NCBI GenBank assembly: GCA_963663235.2
Contig: CAXXNO010000001.1
Location: forward strand, 32,001 to 96,000
Origin: Dehalococcoidia bacterium
GTDB taxonomy: Bacteria; Chloroflexota; Dehalococcoidia; Bin125
DNA length: 64,000 nucleotides
Direction of reading: 5' to 3'
Part shown: piece after piece, positions 27,208 to 37,081 of the stretch
How positions within the stretch are numbered: position 1 is the stretch's first letter
Layout of the letters: every line of letters starts with the position of its first letter
The notes under the pieces: generated by a model
What the model saw: only the letters and a program-made list of their open reading frames with translations
Databases searched by the model: none
Told to the model about the DNA's origin: nothing
Position numbers and translations under genes: made by a program

Positions 27208-28908
27208 CTACCCATCCTTCGGCGTCGCGGGCGGCGGCTCCGACCCGTCGCTGTGCGCTTCGGCCTCGTGAACGCCCCAGCGTTGGTCGAACAACGGCCG
27301 ATCGGAGCGGATCTCCGGCAGGGAATCGAAATTGTGCGGCGGCGGCGGTGACGTGGTGGCCCACTCCAGCGTGTTGGCCTCCCACGGATCGTCCGGCGCG
27401 CGTGGCCCGTAGATGGCGGAGTAGATCAGGTTGAAGAGGAACGGCAACACCGCCACCGCCACGACGAACGCGCCGATGCTGGAGATCATGTTCATGAGCT
27501 CCCAGCCGCCGTTGGCGGCGTAGTCGTTGATCCGCCGCGGCATGCCGTCCAGGCCCAGCATCAGTTGCGGCCAAAACAGCATGTTTGCGCCGAGGAACGT
27601 CAGCGCGAAGTGCACCTTGCCCAGCCCCTCGTTCATCATCCGGCCGAACATCTTGGGATACCAGTAGTACACCGCGGCGAAGACACCGAAGGCGGAGCCG
27701 GTCGCCAGGACGTAGTGCAGGTGGCTCACCACGAAATACGTGTCGTGCAAGGCGAAGTCCACCGGCACCGCCGCGAAGAACACGCCGGTGATGCCGCCGA
27801 TGAGGAAGAGCATCAGGAAGCCCACCGCGAACAGCATGGCGCTGGTCAGCTGCACGGCCCCCCGGAACATGGTGGCCATCCAGTTGAAGAACTTCACGCC
27901 CGTGGGAATCGCGATGAGGAAGGTGGACGCCATGAAGAAGGGGAGGAAGACGCCGCCGGTGGTGAACATGTGATGTGCCCACACGATGAACCCCAGCAGG
28001 CCGATCGCCACCAGCGCCAGCACCATGGACGTATACCCGAACAGCGGTTTGCGGCTGAAGACGGGGATGATCTCGGAGACCGCTCCCATCGCCGGCAGCA
28101 CCATGATGTAGACGGCCGGGTGCGAGTAGAACCAGAACAGGTTCTGCCACAGCAGCACCTGCCCGCCCCGGCCCGTGGGGTCAAAGAAGGCGCCCCCGGC
28201 GCCGTTGCGGTCCGCGAACAGCAGGATCAACGTCGCCGCCAGCACCGGCGTCGCCAGCAGGACCAAGAACGATGTCACCAACGTCGTCCAGGTGAACAGC
28301 GACAGCCGGAACATGGTCAGCCCGGGCGCGCGCATCTTGAAAATCGTCGTGAGGAAGTTGATCGCCCCGGCCGTCGACGCCGCCCCCAGGATCACCACCC
28401 CCACCAGCCAGAGGTCCACCCCGATTCCGAGCGGTTGGGCATTGTTCCCCGTGTTGCTGGACACCGGCGCGTACGAGGTCCAGCCCGCCGACGCGCTCCC
28501 GCCGTCGAAGGCAAACGAGCTGATCAGCAGCACGCCGCCGAAGGCGAACATCCAATAGGAAAGCGCGTTGATACGGGGGAACGCCATGTCCGCCGCCCCC
28601 AACTGCAGCGGCACGATGTAGTTCATGAAGCCCGCCGACACGGGCAGGATGAACAGGAACAGCATGATGGTGCCATGCATGGTGAAGAACTGGTTGTAGA
28701 GGTGCGCGTCGAGGATCGCGCCCGTCTCCGCCAGTTCGGTGCGCATCACCAGCGAGAACGCGCCGCCCACCATGGCGAAGGCGAAGGCCGAGACGATGTA
28801 GAGGATGCCGATCTTCTTGTGGTCGGTGGTAGTGGCCCAGTCCAGCACGGCACTCACCCAGCCCACGCCCGCGTAGGGGGTTGCCGCCGGTGGTGCTACC
28901 GTCGCCAT
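27208..28908 (-). CDS. ctaD: cytochrome c oxidase subunit I, A2-type
   Basis: TTDHKKIG, YSHPAVY (A2 YS motif), WAHH, HLHYV, GMPRR. Confidence 0.97.
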   Translation of the reverse strand: MATVAPPAATPYAGVGWVSAVLDWATTTDHKKIGILYIVSAFAFAMVGGAFSLVMRTELAETGAILDAHLYNQFFTMHGTIMLFLFILPVSAGFMNYIVPLQLGAADMAFPRINALSYWMFAFGGVLLISSFAFDGGSASAGWTSYAPVSSNTGNNAQPLGIGVDLWLVGVVILGAASTAGAINFLTTIFKMRAPGLTMFRLSLFTWTTLVTSFLVLLATPVLAATLILLFADRNGAGGAFFDPTGRGGQVLLWQNLFWFYSHPAVYIMVLPAMGAVSEIIPVFSRKPLFGYTSMVLALVAIGLLGFIVWAHHMFTTGGVFLPFFMASTFLIAIPTGVKFFNWMATMFRGAVQLTSAMLFAVGFLMLFLIGGITGVFFAAVPVDFALHDTYFVVSHLHYVLATGSAFGVFAAVYYWYPKMFGRMMNEGLGKVHFALTFLGANMLFWPQLMLGLDGMPRRINDYAANGGWELMNMISSIGAFVVAVAVLPFLFNLIYSAIYGPRAPDDPWEANTLEWATTSPPPPHNFDSLPEIRSDRPLFDQRWGVHEAEAHSDGSEPPPATPKDG

Positions 28909-28958
28909 CGCTTGTCCTTCCCCGCTCTCCGGCGGACTCTGTCCGCCGCGCGGATGGC

Positions 28959-30322
28959 CTACTCCAGCGTCCGGAGCCAGGCGTGGATATCGGCCACGTC
29001 CCTGTCCGGCACGCTGTCCGCCGGGAACGCCGGCATCTGATCCCGCGGGTTGCGGTACTGACGGATCTCTTCCTCCAGCGTCAGCGCCGGCGGCCCGATC
29101 TTCGGCCCGATGCCGCCTTGCCCTGTGTCGCCGTGGCACACGTTGCAGCCGTTCTGGAAGAACAGTTGCTGGCCCCGCGCCGGGTCGCCCCTCACGGGCC
29201 CTCCCCCGCCGCTTCCGCTGCCATCCCGGGGGCCGCCGCTTCTTCCTCCGTCACGGGAGGCGGCGCAGCGCCCAGCGCCGCCGCCAGCCTCTCCAGCCGC
29301 CAGGCCTCGTATTCGTCCGGCTCCAGGGCGCGCACGGTGAAGATCATGCGGGCGTGATCGCGCCCACAGAACTCGGCGCACTGCCCCTCATAGAGTCCCG
29401 CCTCGGTCACGTTGATCCACATCGACTGCACGCGCCCCGGCACGACGTCCAGCTTGTAGAGGAACTGCGGCGTGTAGAAAGAGTGGATGACGTCCTGCGA
29501 CGCCAGATTGAACCGCACGGTGATGTCCGTCGGCACGGTCACGATCGGCGTCGGCCGGATGACCTCTTCGCCCGTCGCCGGGTCGACGCTCACCAGGCTA
29601 TCCAGCCGCCCCGGCTCGACGGCGGTTTCGGTGCCGTCGAAGATCAGGTCGATCGGCGTGCCCGCGTCGTGCTGCTCCGCCACCGTCCCATCGACGGCTC
29701 GATCGACGGTGATGGCGCCCCCATCGATCGCGGTCACCCGCATGTGCTCCACATCCAGGCGGATCACCGTGCTGAAGGGCGCCAGGCCCTGGAACGCCCC
29801 CGCGTCGCTGACGGTCAGCACGCTGCTCACGGCGCCCTCGGCGACCGCCTCGGCGACCGTGACGTCCAGCCGTTCGGAGTAGCGGAAGGCCCAGGTCCAC
29901 TGCCGCCCCAGCACATCGACCGTCTCCACCCGCTCATCCTCCGGCGGCGACGATTCGATGTCGTCCAGCACCATGAACGTCACCACGAACAGCGCGATGA
30001 CGATCGCAGCCGGCGTAGCGGTCCAGATGACCTCCACCAGTTGGTTCCCGTGCGTCTGCTTGGGCAGCGCGTCGCCCCGGCGACGGTACCGCAGCACGAT
30101 GTAGATGATCGCCGCCTCGACGGCCACGAACACCACCGCCGCCACCACGAACACGATCATGTACAGCGCGCGGATGTCGTCGCCTTGCTCGCTCTTGGCC
30201 TCGGGCGGGAACACCTGCGCCCCCGCCACGCCCGCCGTGACGGTCAGCGCGAGGAATACAGCCACCAGTGCGACGTTGAGTCGCATGAGCCCAGACCTCC
30301 ACGCCATACCGACCTCGCGCAT
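28959..30322 (-). CDS. ctaC: cytochrome c oxidase subunit II with fused C-terminal cytochrome c (frameshift at 29225-29232)
   Basis: HGN..EVIWT, DVIHSF, CAEFCGRDHARM CuA site; CNVCH heme motif and MP ligand in the adjacent frame after a GSGSGGGG linker. Confidence 0.9.
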
Positions 30323-30355
30323 GCGCGCCCCTGTCTGTCTCGCGGCCGCCTGGGG

Positions 30356-31360
30356 CTAGTGGCCCGCGGCGAACTGTTGAATGTCTTCGCTCAGCCAGCC
30401 CAGCGTGCCCAGCACGGTCAGCGCGATCCCCGCGCCCAGCAGCTCCGCGGGGAACACCACGCCGAAAGCGCTCAGCATGATACCAAGGGCCAGCACGATG
30501 GGGCTGGCGGACGGCGGCGCCACGTGCCCCGGCGCCCCCTCCGCGGCCGCCCCGTGAGCACCGACGGTGATCGCACCGCCGAACGCCAGGACGTCCTCCC
30601 ACAGCCAGCCCAGCGTGCCCGCGATCGTGATCGCCAATCCGGCTCCCAGCAACTCCGCCGGAAACACGACGCCGAACGCCGTCACCGCCGCGCCCAGGCC
30701 GATCAGGATGGGGAACGGGGATCCGTGCGCCTCATGCGCAGGGGCGTGCTCCGCCCCGGCTTCCAGGAGCGGCAGCGCCGCCTCGGTCGGCGCCGCCAGC
30801 GCGGCGGCCCCTTCTCGCCCTGCGGCACGCGGTGTCCCATACGCCGTCTCCATGCCCCGGCGCGCGGGACGGTAGACCCGCGGCCGCAGAACCGGCGGCA
30901 GCAGCATCATCAGCGCCCTCAGGACATCCGGCCCTGAATACGCGTCGATCACCTCAAAGCCGAACCGCGGCGTCCATTTCCAGACCCGCAGGCCCGCCAG
31001 TTTGATCCCGAGTTGCTGGCAGAGGCGGTTGGCGCGCCCCCCCTGGCCGGCCGGCACGTAGAGGTGCAGGGGGCCGGCCAGCGACAGCGGGAGCCAGTGC
31101 TCCCGCGCCATCTCCTCCGTCACCTCGTCCCGCAGCGTCACCACGCCGAGCATCACGATAAAGTGTCCCGGCTCTTGCACGGCCAGAATGTCTGGGTAAA
31201 TCCAGCCGCCGCTGCGGACCTGGATGCCCATCGTCCGCTCTGGGGCGTTGGTGACCGTCTGCCAGTTAGCGTGGGCCTCGTCGGGGAAGGCGAACCGCGC
31301 GCCCGCGATATGCTCGACGACATCGGCGAGCTTCGTGCGTTCCGCTTCGACCGTCGGCAT
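30356..31360 (-). CDS. hypothetical protein: soluble N-terminal domain plus duplicated oxidase subunit III/IV-like membrane hairpins
   Basis: First gene of the cox operon; two repeats of SP(F)PI...FGVVFPAELLGAG...GTLGWL.ED. Confidence 0.7.
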   Translation of the reverse strand: MPTVEAERTKLADVVEHIAGARFAFPDEAHANWQTVTNAPERTMGIQVRSGGWIYPDILAVQEPGHFIVMLGVVTLRDEVTEEMAREHWLPLSLAGPLHLYVPAGQGGRANRLCQQLGIKLAGLRVWKWTPRFGFEVIDAYSGPDVLRALMMLLPPVLRPRVYRPARRGMETAYGTPRAAGREGAAALAAPTEAALPLLEAGAEHAPAHEAHGSPFPILIGLGAAVTAFGVVFPAELLGAGLAITIAGTLGWLWEDVLAFGGAITVGAHGAAAEGAPGHVAPPSASPIVLALGIMLSAFGVVFPAELLGAGIALTVLGTLGWLSEDIQQFAAGH

Positions 31361-31540
31361 GCGCCCGCGCCCCCCGCCCTTCTTTGGACGTCGTGTGATG
31401 CCGAGACTCAGTCTGCGCGATAGTGCACCCTGGCACAAGCCCGGCAGGCACCCCCAAGCAACACGCCCATCGGCCGGGGTCAACGCTCCCGGCTGAGGCC
31501 GGCGCTTCGCGGTTTGGGGACGCGAGGGCGGTTGGGGGGT

Positions 31541-32707
31541 CTAGGGCAAGGAGCGGCACGGCTGGTTCATGGGGACGTACTTGGGCCGGTAGATCGCCAC
31601 ACCCTTGCGATTCCGGAAGCTGAGCCGCTCATCCACGATCTGGGCGCCGATCCCGGCGATCCGCGCCCAACCGAAGAACGTGGTGTAGTACTCCGGGTCG
31701 TGGAAGCCCACGGCGTTCAGCAGGCTCCCGGACACCAGGTCCACGTTGGCGTAGGGGTCGGCTATTTTCGGGTTCTCGTGCAGGATCGGGGGCACGACCT
31801 TGCGCAGCGCCTTGACGATGCGGAACTCGGGGTTATCCGGCGCGATCTCTTCCCCGACGGCAATCTGCACCTGCGCCCGCGGGTCCTCTTTGCGCAGCAC
31901 GGCGTGTCCGAAGCCGAAGATCAGCCCGCCCGACGCGATCCGCTCCCGCACCCAGCGCTCCACCTCGGCTTCGTCGGACGTGTTGACCTCCCGCACGAAC
32001 TCCAGGCAGTCCTGGTTGGCCCGTCCGTGCCGCGGCCCGGCGAGGCCGTTCATCGCCGACACCATCGACTGATACGTGTCGGCCAGCCCGGACGCCACCG
32101 CTTTCCCCACGAACGTGGACAGGTTGCCGCCGCCGTGGTCCATGTGCAGCACGTAGAAGACGCGCAGGAGGCGCGTGAGCTTCTCGGGGTCCGCCCCCGG
32201 CATCCCCAGCATGTGCACGAAGTTCTCGACGTAGCCCAGCGCGGGATCCATCGCGATCGGATCGCCCCACTCTTCCCGCAGCCGGTAGATCGCCGCCAGC
32301 ACGGCCGGGATCCGCGCCACGAGGTTGAGCGCGTCTTCCCGGTAGTCCCCCGTCTTCCCCGTCATCCCCAGGAGATGGATCCCGATGGCCAGCATCTCCA
32401 TGGGGTGGCCGCTGCGCGGCAGCGATCGCAGCACCTCGAACACCGGCGCGCCGACCGTCGAGCGATCTTGCAGCTCACGGCGGAACGCGGCGGCCTCCGC
32501 CTCGCTCGGCAGCGCCTTGTTGTAGAGCAGGTAGATCACCGACTCCGGCGGGAGGTGGGCGATCTCCGCGATCGGGTAGCCCACGTACGACACCCCGACC
32601 TCCGGGTCGACCCCGCTGGTCCAGCACGTGCCGACCGGGTAGCCCCGCAGGCCGGTGTCCAGTTGCTTTGGGGTGATGTGGAAGTCGGCTGCCGGCGGGT
32701 CACTCAT
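31541..32707 (-). CDS. gltA: citrate synthase
   Basis: GLRG, HPM, DHGGGN, GPRHG, GFGHAVLRKEDPR, NVD. Confidence 0.95.
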   Translation of the reverse strand: MSDPPAADFHITPKQLDTGLRGYPVGTCWTSGVDPEVGVSYVGYPIAEIAHLPPESVIYLLYNKALPSEAEAAAFRRELQDRSTVGAPVFEVLRSLPRSGHPMEMLAIGIHLLGMTGKTGDYREDALNLVARIPAVLAAIYRLREEWGDPIAMDPALGYVENFVHMLGMPGADPEKLTRLLRVFYVLHMDHGGGNLSTFVGKAVASGLADTYQSMVSAMNGLAGPRHGRANQDCLEFVREVNTSDEAEVERWVRERIASGGLIFGFGHAVLRKEDPRAQVQIAVGEEIAPDNPEFRIVKALRKVVPPILHENPKIADPYANVDLVSGSLLNAVGFHDPEYYTTFFGWARIAGIGAQIVDERLSFRNRKGVAIYRPKYVPMNQPCRSLP

Positions 32708-32755
32708 ACGCTTGCTGTACCTCGTCCCTGCGCCGCGCGCTCCGCGACGGGAGGA

Positions 32756-33586
32756 TTAGTCGGCCACCGATTCCACCCGGAAGCGCAGCACGCCGGAAGG
32801 CGCCGTGACTTCCACTTCGTCGCCCGCGCCGCTCCCCATAAACGCCCGTCCAACCGGGCTCGCCACCGAGATCTTGCCCGCTGTGGCGTTGGCCTCGTTT
32901 TGGCCGACGAGAGTGTACTCAACGGTCCTACCCGAGACAAGATTGGTCGCGGTCACGCTGCTCCCCATGTGCACCCGCCCGCTCACCTCGCTCCCGTGCT
33001 GCTCGAAGATGACCGCCCGGTTGATCTGCTGCTCCAGGTTCCGGATCCGCGCCTCTAGATGCGCCTGCGTGTCGCGCGCCGCGTCGAGCGGTGCGTTCTC
33101 GCGAAAATCCTTGTCGGCCATCGCCAGCTTGAGCGCCTCGGCGATCTCCGGCCGCTGCGCCCGCAACTGCTCCAAGTCCTCCTTCGCGGCGATCAGCCCC
33201 TCCGGCGTCATGCCCGCCGCTTCGTCGCGCGACGGCGCAGCGGAAGTCGCGATGGCGGAGCCAGCGCCGTCGCGCCGCGCGCGCGACACCTTCCTGACCC
33301 GCAGGTGCACGCCGAGGTTGGTCGCGGTCCACGTCTTCTTCTTCGCGTAGGCGAAGAACGCCTTCACCGGCAGGATGCGGTCGACGACCCCCACGCCTGT
33401 ACCCAACGCCTCCTGATACTGCGTCAGTTCGTGCCCGGTGACGCTGCTGAGCACGCGGCCTCCCCCATACCAGGAAACGAAACGATGGATCTCCACCCGC
33501 CCGCGCTGGTCGATGGCCTTCGCCTCGGCGTCGAGGTAGGCGGTCGCCGCAGCCTCGAGTGTTAAGCCCTCATCACTCTCCGCCAC
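32756..33586 (-). CDS. greA: transcription elongation factor GreA with ~110-aa N-terminal extension
   Basis: MTPEG, DKDFRENAPLDAAR, ISVASPVGRA; GTG start after GAGGGGAG. Confidence 0.9.
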   Translation of the reverse strand: MAESDEGLTLEAAATAYLDAEAKAIDQRGRVEIHRFVSWYGGGRVLSSVTGHELTQYQEALGTGVGVVDRILPVKAFFAYAKKKTWTATNLGVHLRVRKVSRARRDGAGSAIATSAAPSRDEAAGMTPEGLIAAKEDLEQLRAQRPEIAEALKLAMADKDFRENAPLDAARDTQAHLEARIRNLEQQINRAVIFEQHGSEVSGRVHMGSSVTATNLVSGRTVEYTLVGQNEANATAGKISVASPVGRAFMGSGAGDEVEVTAPSGVLRFRVESVAD

Positions 33587-33709
33587 GTCCGCTCCCCTCG
33601 TCCGCCGGCTGATCTCGCACTCTGCATTATCCATCGTATGGGCGAGGCGGATCGCGGTTCAAACGCACCCTTGCCCGCCAGCGCCTCAGCGCCCCACCAT
33701 GGACCCAAC

Positions 33710-34483
33710 ATGGCCCGCTCTCCCGATTCCACCCCATTCGATTCCATCGCGTTGCCCGCGGTCAACGCGGCGCTGGCTGCCGCCGGTTTCGATCTGCCGG
33801 GGGAGCAGCAGCGCCGCCTCGCGGCCTTTCTCGATGGCCTCCTCCAGGCCAACGTCCGCCTCAACCTCACGCGCATCACCGACCCGGCCGACGCCATTGT
33901 GCGCCACGTGATCGAGCCGCTCGCCGGCTGGCTCCTCCTCCGGGACCGCCTGCCTTCCGGCGCCGTCCTGGACGTGGGCAGCGGCGGCGGCGCTCCCGGC
34001 CTGCCGGTGGCCATCGTCCAGCCGGACCGGACGATCCTGCTGATCGAGACGCGGGAGCGCAAGGCCCATTATCTGGAAGAGCAAGCCCGCGCCCTGGGCC
34101 TGACCAACGTCCGCGTCCTGTGCGACCGCGCCGAGCGCGTCGGCCGCGGCCCTGCCCGCGAGTCGGGCGCCGCCGCCCTGACGCGCGCCCTGGCCCCGCT
34201 CCCCGAAGCGCTGGAGATCCTTCTGCCCCTGGTCGCGGTCGATGGGGTCGCCGCCGTGTTCTCCGGCCCGGGCCTCCCCGCGCAACTCGACGCCGGCCGC
34301 GGCGTCGCGACGCTCCTCGGCGGCGCTCCGCCCGAGACGCAGCGGGTCGACTGGCCCACCGGCGACCGCACGGTCCTGCTCGCCACGGTCCGCAAGGTCG
34401 CCCCCACGCCGGAGCGCTTTCCCCGCGGCACTCGCGCGATGCGCCGCGGCCCCCCTCAGGCGACCACCTCGCGCGCCCGGTAG
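33710..34483 (+). CDS. rsmG: 16S rRNA m7G527 methyltransferase
   Basis: NLTRIT, RH, LDVGSGGGAPG, RAE, TRA, TPERFPR. Confidence 0.93.
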   Translation: MARSPDSTPFDSIALPAVNAALAAAGFDLPGEQQRRLAAFLDGLLQANVRLNLTRITDPADAIVRHVIEPLAGWLLLRDRLPSGAVLDVGSGGGAPGLPVAIVQPDRTILLIETRERKAHYLEEQARALGLTNVRVLCDRAERVGRGPARESGAAALTRALAPLPEALEILLPLVAVDGVAAVFSGPGLPAQLDAGRGVATLLGGAPPETQRVDWPTGDRTVLLATVRKVAPTPERFPRGTRAMRRGPPQATTSRAR

Positions 34484-35670
34484 TCGGCGATCGCCGCCTC
34501 ATCCATGCCGATCGACGCCAGAATCGCGTCGGTGTCCTGCCCCGGGTAGGGGGCGGTATGCCGGATCGCCCCCGGCGTGGCGGAGAGTTTCGGTCCCACG
34601 CCCACTTGCTTGACCGGCCCCACCCCCGGCGCCTCCAGCTCCACCACCATCCGCCGGTGCAGGTTGTGCGGGTCCCCGAACGCCTCCGCCAGTGTGTAGA
34701 CCGGTGCGACGCAGATGTCCTCGTCGAACAAGAGGCGGAACCATTCATCGCGCGTCTTCGTTTTGAACGCCGCGGTGAACGCCTCCGCCAGCTCCCGTTT
34801 CGTCGCTTCGTCGTCCGTGTACTGGTGTTCGGTGAGATCGTCCCGGCCCAGCACCTTGCACAGACTGGCGAAGAACCACGGCTCCACGGAGCCGATGCTG
34901 ATCCACTTCCCGTCCGCCGTCTCGTAGACGTTGTAGTAGGGCCATCCGCCGTTGAGCCGGTGCGTCTCCGGCGCCATGACATCCCCGTCCGCGAAGGAGG
35001 CGGCCGCCAGCCCCGTCAGCAACGACATCACCCCGTCCGACATCGCCACATCGACGGATTGCCCCCGCCCCGTCTGCGCCCGCGCCAGCAGCGCCACGCA
35101 GATGCTGAACGCGGCCATCAACCCCCCACCCGCGTAGTCCGCGATGATGTTCACGGGGATCGCCGGCGGCGTCCCCTTGCGGCCGATCATGCCCAGCGCG
35201 CCGGCCATGCTGATGTAGTTGATGTCGTGCCCTACCAGTTGGGCGTAGGGACCGTCCTGCCCGTAGCCGCTCAGCGAGCAGTAGACCAGCCGCGGGTTCC
35301 GCGCCGCCAGCGTCCCGTAGTCCACGCCCAGCCGCTGCGTCACGCCGGGCCGGTAGCCCTCCAGCACCACGTCGGCGTCGGCGGCGAGCCGGTAGAAGAT
35401 CGCCCGTCCCTCTTCCGTCTTGAGGTTCAGGCGCAGGGAGCGCTTGTTGCGACCGAAGACGTTGTAGGCCGTGCGGCGGCGTCCCTCGGGGGTCTCGTTG
35501 TCGCCCCGCATGTCGGGCCGCTGCCGGCCGGCCCGTCGGCCGCGGGGCGCGCCCGCCTCCTCCACCAAGATCACGTCGGCCCCCATGTCGCCCAGCAACA
35601 TCGAGCAGTACGGGCCCGGCGCGAGCCGCGACAGGTCCAGCACCGTGATCCCCTCCAACGCCGCCTCCAT
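34456..35670 (-). CDS. CaiB/BaiF family III CoA-transferase
   Basis: LDLSRLAPGP, RNKRS, EGYRPGV, GHDINY, ADYAGG. Confidence 0.95.
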   Translation of the reverse strand: MEAALEGITVLDLSRLAPGPYCSMLLGDMGADVILVEEAGAPRGRRAGRQRPDMRGDNETPEGRRRTAYNVFGRNKRSLRLNLKTEEGRAIFYRLAADADVVLEGYRPGVTQRLGVDYGTLAARNPRLVYCSLSGYGQDGPYAQLVGHDINYISMAGALGMIGRKGTPPAIPVNIIADYAGGGLMAAFSICVALLARAQTGRGQSVDVAMSDGVMSLLTGLAAASFADGDVMAPETHRLNGGWPYYNVYETADGKWISIGSVEPWFFASLCKVLGRDDLTEHQYTDDEATKRELAEAFTAAFKTKTRDEWFRLLFDEDICVAPVYTLAEAFGDPHNLHRRMVVELEAPGVGPVKQVGVGPKLSATPGAIRHTAPYPGQDTDAILASIGMDEAAIADYRAREVVA

Positions 35671-35699
35671 TGTCGCTTCCCTTCTCTCTCGACTCGCCG

Positions 35700-36923
35700 T
35701 CAGGCCACGATCTCGCGCGCGCGGTAGTCGGCGATGGTGGCCTCGTCGATCCCATGCTCCCGCAAGATCGCATCGGTCTGCTCCCCAGGGTACGGGGCGC
35801 TGTGACGGATCTCGCCCGGTGTCTCCGAGAACTTGGGGGCGATCCCGATCTGTTTCACCGGCCCCACGCCCGCCGCCTCCACGTCCACCACCATCCGCCG
35901 GTGCAGGTTGTGTGGATCGGCCGACGCCTCCGCCAGCGTGTACACCGGCGCGACGCAGACATCGAGAGCGGCGAGATCACGGAACCACTCGTCGCGGGTC
36001 TTGCGCTTGAACGATGCACGCAGGAACTCGGCGATCTCCCGGCGTTTGGCCGGATCGTCGCTCCACTGGTGCTCGGCCAGCTCTTCGCGGCCCAGCTCGC
36101 GGCACAGATCGGCGAAGAACCACGGCTCGTTGGCGCCGATGCTGAGCCACTTGCCGTCGGCCGTCTCGTAAACGTCGTAGTTGGGCACGCCGCCGTTGAA
36201 GCGGCTCGTCTCCGGCGCCAGGTTCTCGCCCGTGTTGAAGTGGGTGCCCGCCAGCCCGGACAGCAGCGACATCACGCCGTCCGACATGGCCGTGTCGATG
36301 TACTGCCCCTGTCCCGTCCGCTCCCGCGCCAGCAGCGCCACGCAGATGCTGAACGCGGCCATCAGCCCCCCGCCCGCGTAGTCCGCGATGGTGTTCATCG
36401 GGATCGCCGGCGGCGTCCCCTTGCGGCCGATCATCCCCAGCGCCCCGGCGATGCTGATGTAGTTGACGTCGTGCCCCACCAGTTGGGCGTAGGGACCGTC
36501 CTGCCCGTAGCCGCTCAGCGAGCAGTAGACCAACCGTGGATTCCGCGCCGCCAGCGTCTGGTAGTCCACGCCCAGCCGCTGCGTCACGCCGGGCCGGTAG
36601 CCCTCCAGCACGACGTCCGCCGCGTCGGAGAGCCGGTAGAAGATCGCCCGTCCTTCTTCCGTCTTCAGGTTGAGGCGGATCGAGCGCTTGTTCCGTCCCA
36701 GCGCGTAGGCCGCCGCCCGCCGACGCCCCTCGGGGCTGGCGTCGCCCCGCAGGGAGACGGTGGGCGTCTTGTGCACCTGGCCGCTGCGGCGCCCCGCCGC
36801 CAACCCCGCCTCCTCCACCATGATCACGTCGGCGCCCATGTCCGCCAGGAGCATGGAGCCGTAGGGACCGGGCGTGAGCCGTGATAAGTCGACGATCTTG
36901 ATGGCCTCCAGCGCCAGCGTCAC
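35700..36923 (-). CDS. CaiB/BaiF family III CoA-transferase (tandem paralog)
   Basis: Same motifs (GHDVNY); RBS GAGGAG before GTG. Confidence 0.95.
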   Translation of the reverse strand: MTLALEAIKIVDLSRLTPGPYGSMLLADMGADVIMVEEAGLAAGRRSGQVHKTPTVSLRGDASPEGRRRAAAYALGRNKRSIRLNLKTEEGRAIFYRLSDAADVVLEGYRPGVTQRLGVDYQTLAARNPRLVYCSLSGYGQDGPYAQLVGHDVNYISIAGALGMIGRKGTPPAIPMNTIADYAGGGLMAAFSICVALLARERTGQGQYIDTAMSDGVMSLLSGLAGTHFNTGENLAPETSRFNGGVPNYDVYETADGKWLSIGANEPWFFADLCRELGREELAEHQWSDDPAKRREIAEFLRASFKRKTRDEWFRDLAALDVCVAPVYTLAEASADPHNLHRRMVVDVEAAGVGPVKQIGIAPKFSETPGEIRHSAPYPGEQTDAILREHGIDEATIADYRAREIVA

Positions 36924-37081
36924 GGCATCGACTCCTCTTCGCGGATCCCGCGATCGCGCGGGCCGATCGGCATGATCGAGAGCGGCTGGCCCGGCGTCAA
37001 GGCTGCGCCTCCTGCGGCGGGCTGATCCGGGCATTGCCGCCGCCGAACCGCCTTGCCTACGATGACGGAGTTGAATCTCGT

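Noticed and set aside
28959-29195. Stand-alone cytochrome c starting at a GTGA overlap after ctaC
   Set aside because: It has no export signal, and the upstream frame encodes a natural GSGSGGGG linker; a caa3-type fusion broken by an indel is more parsimonious
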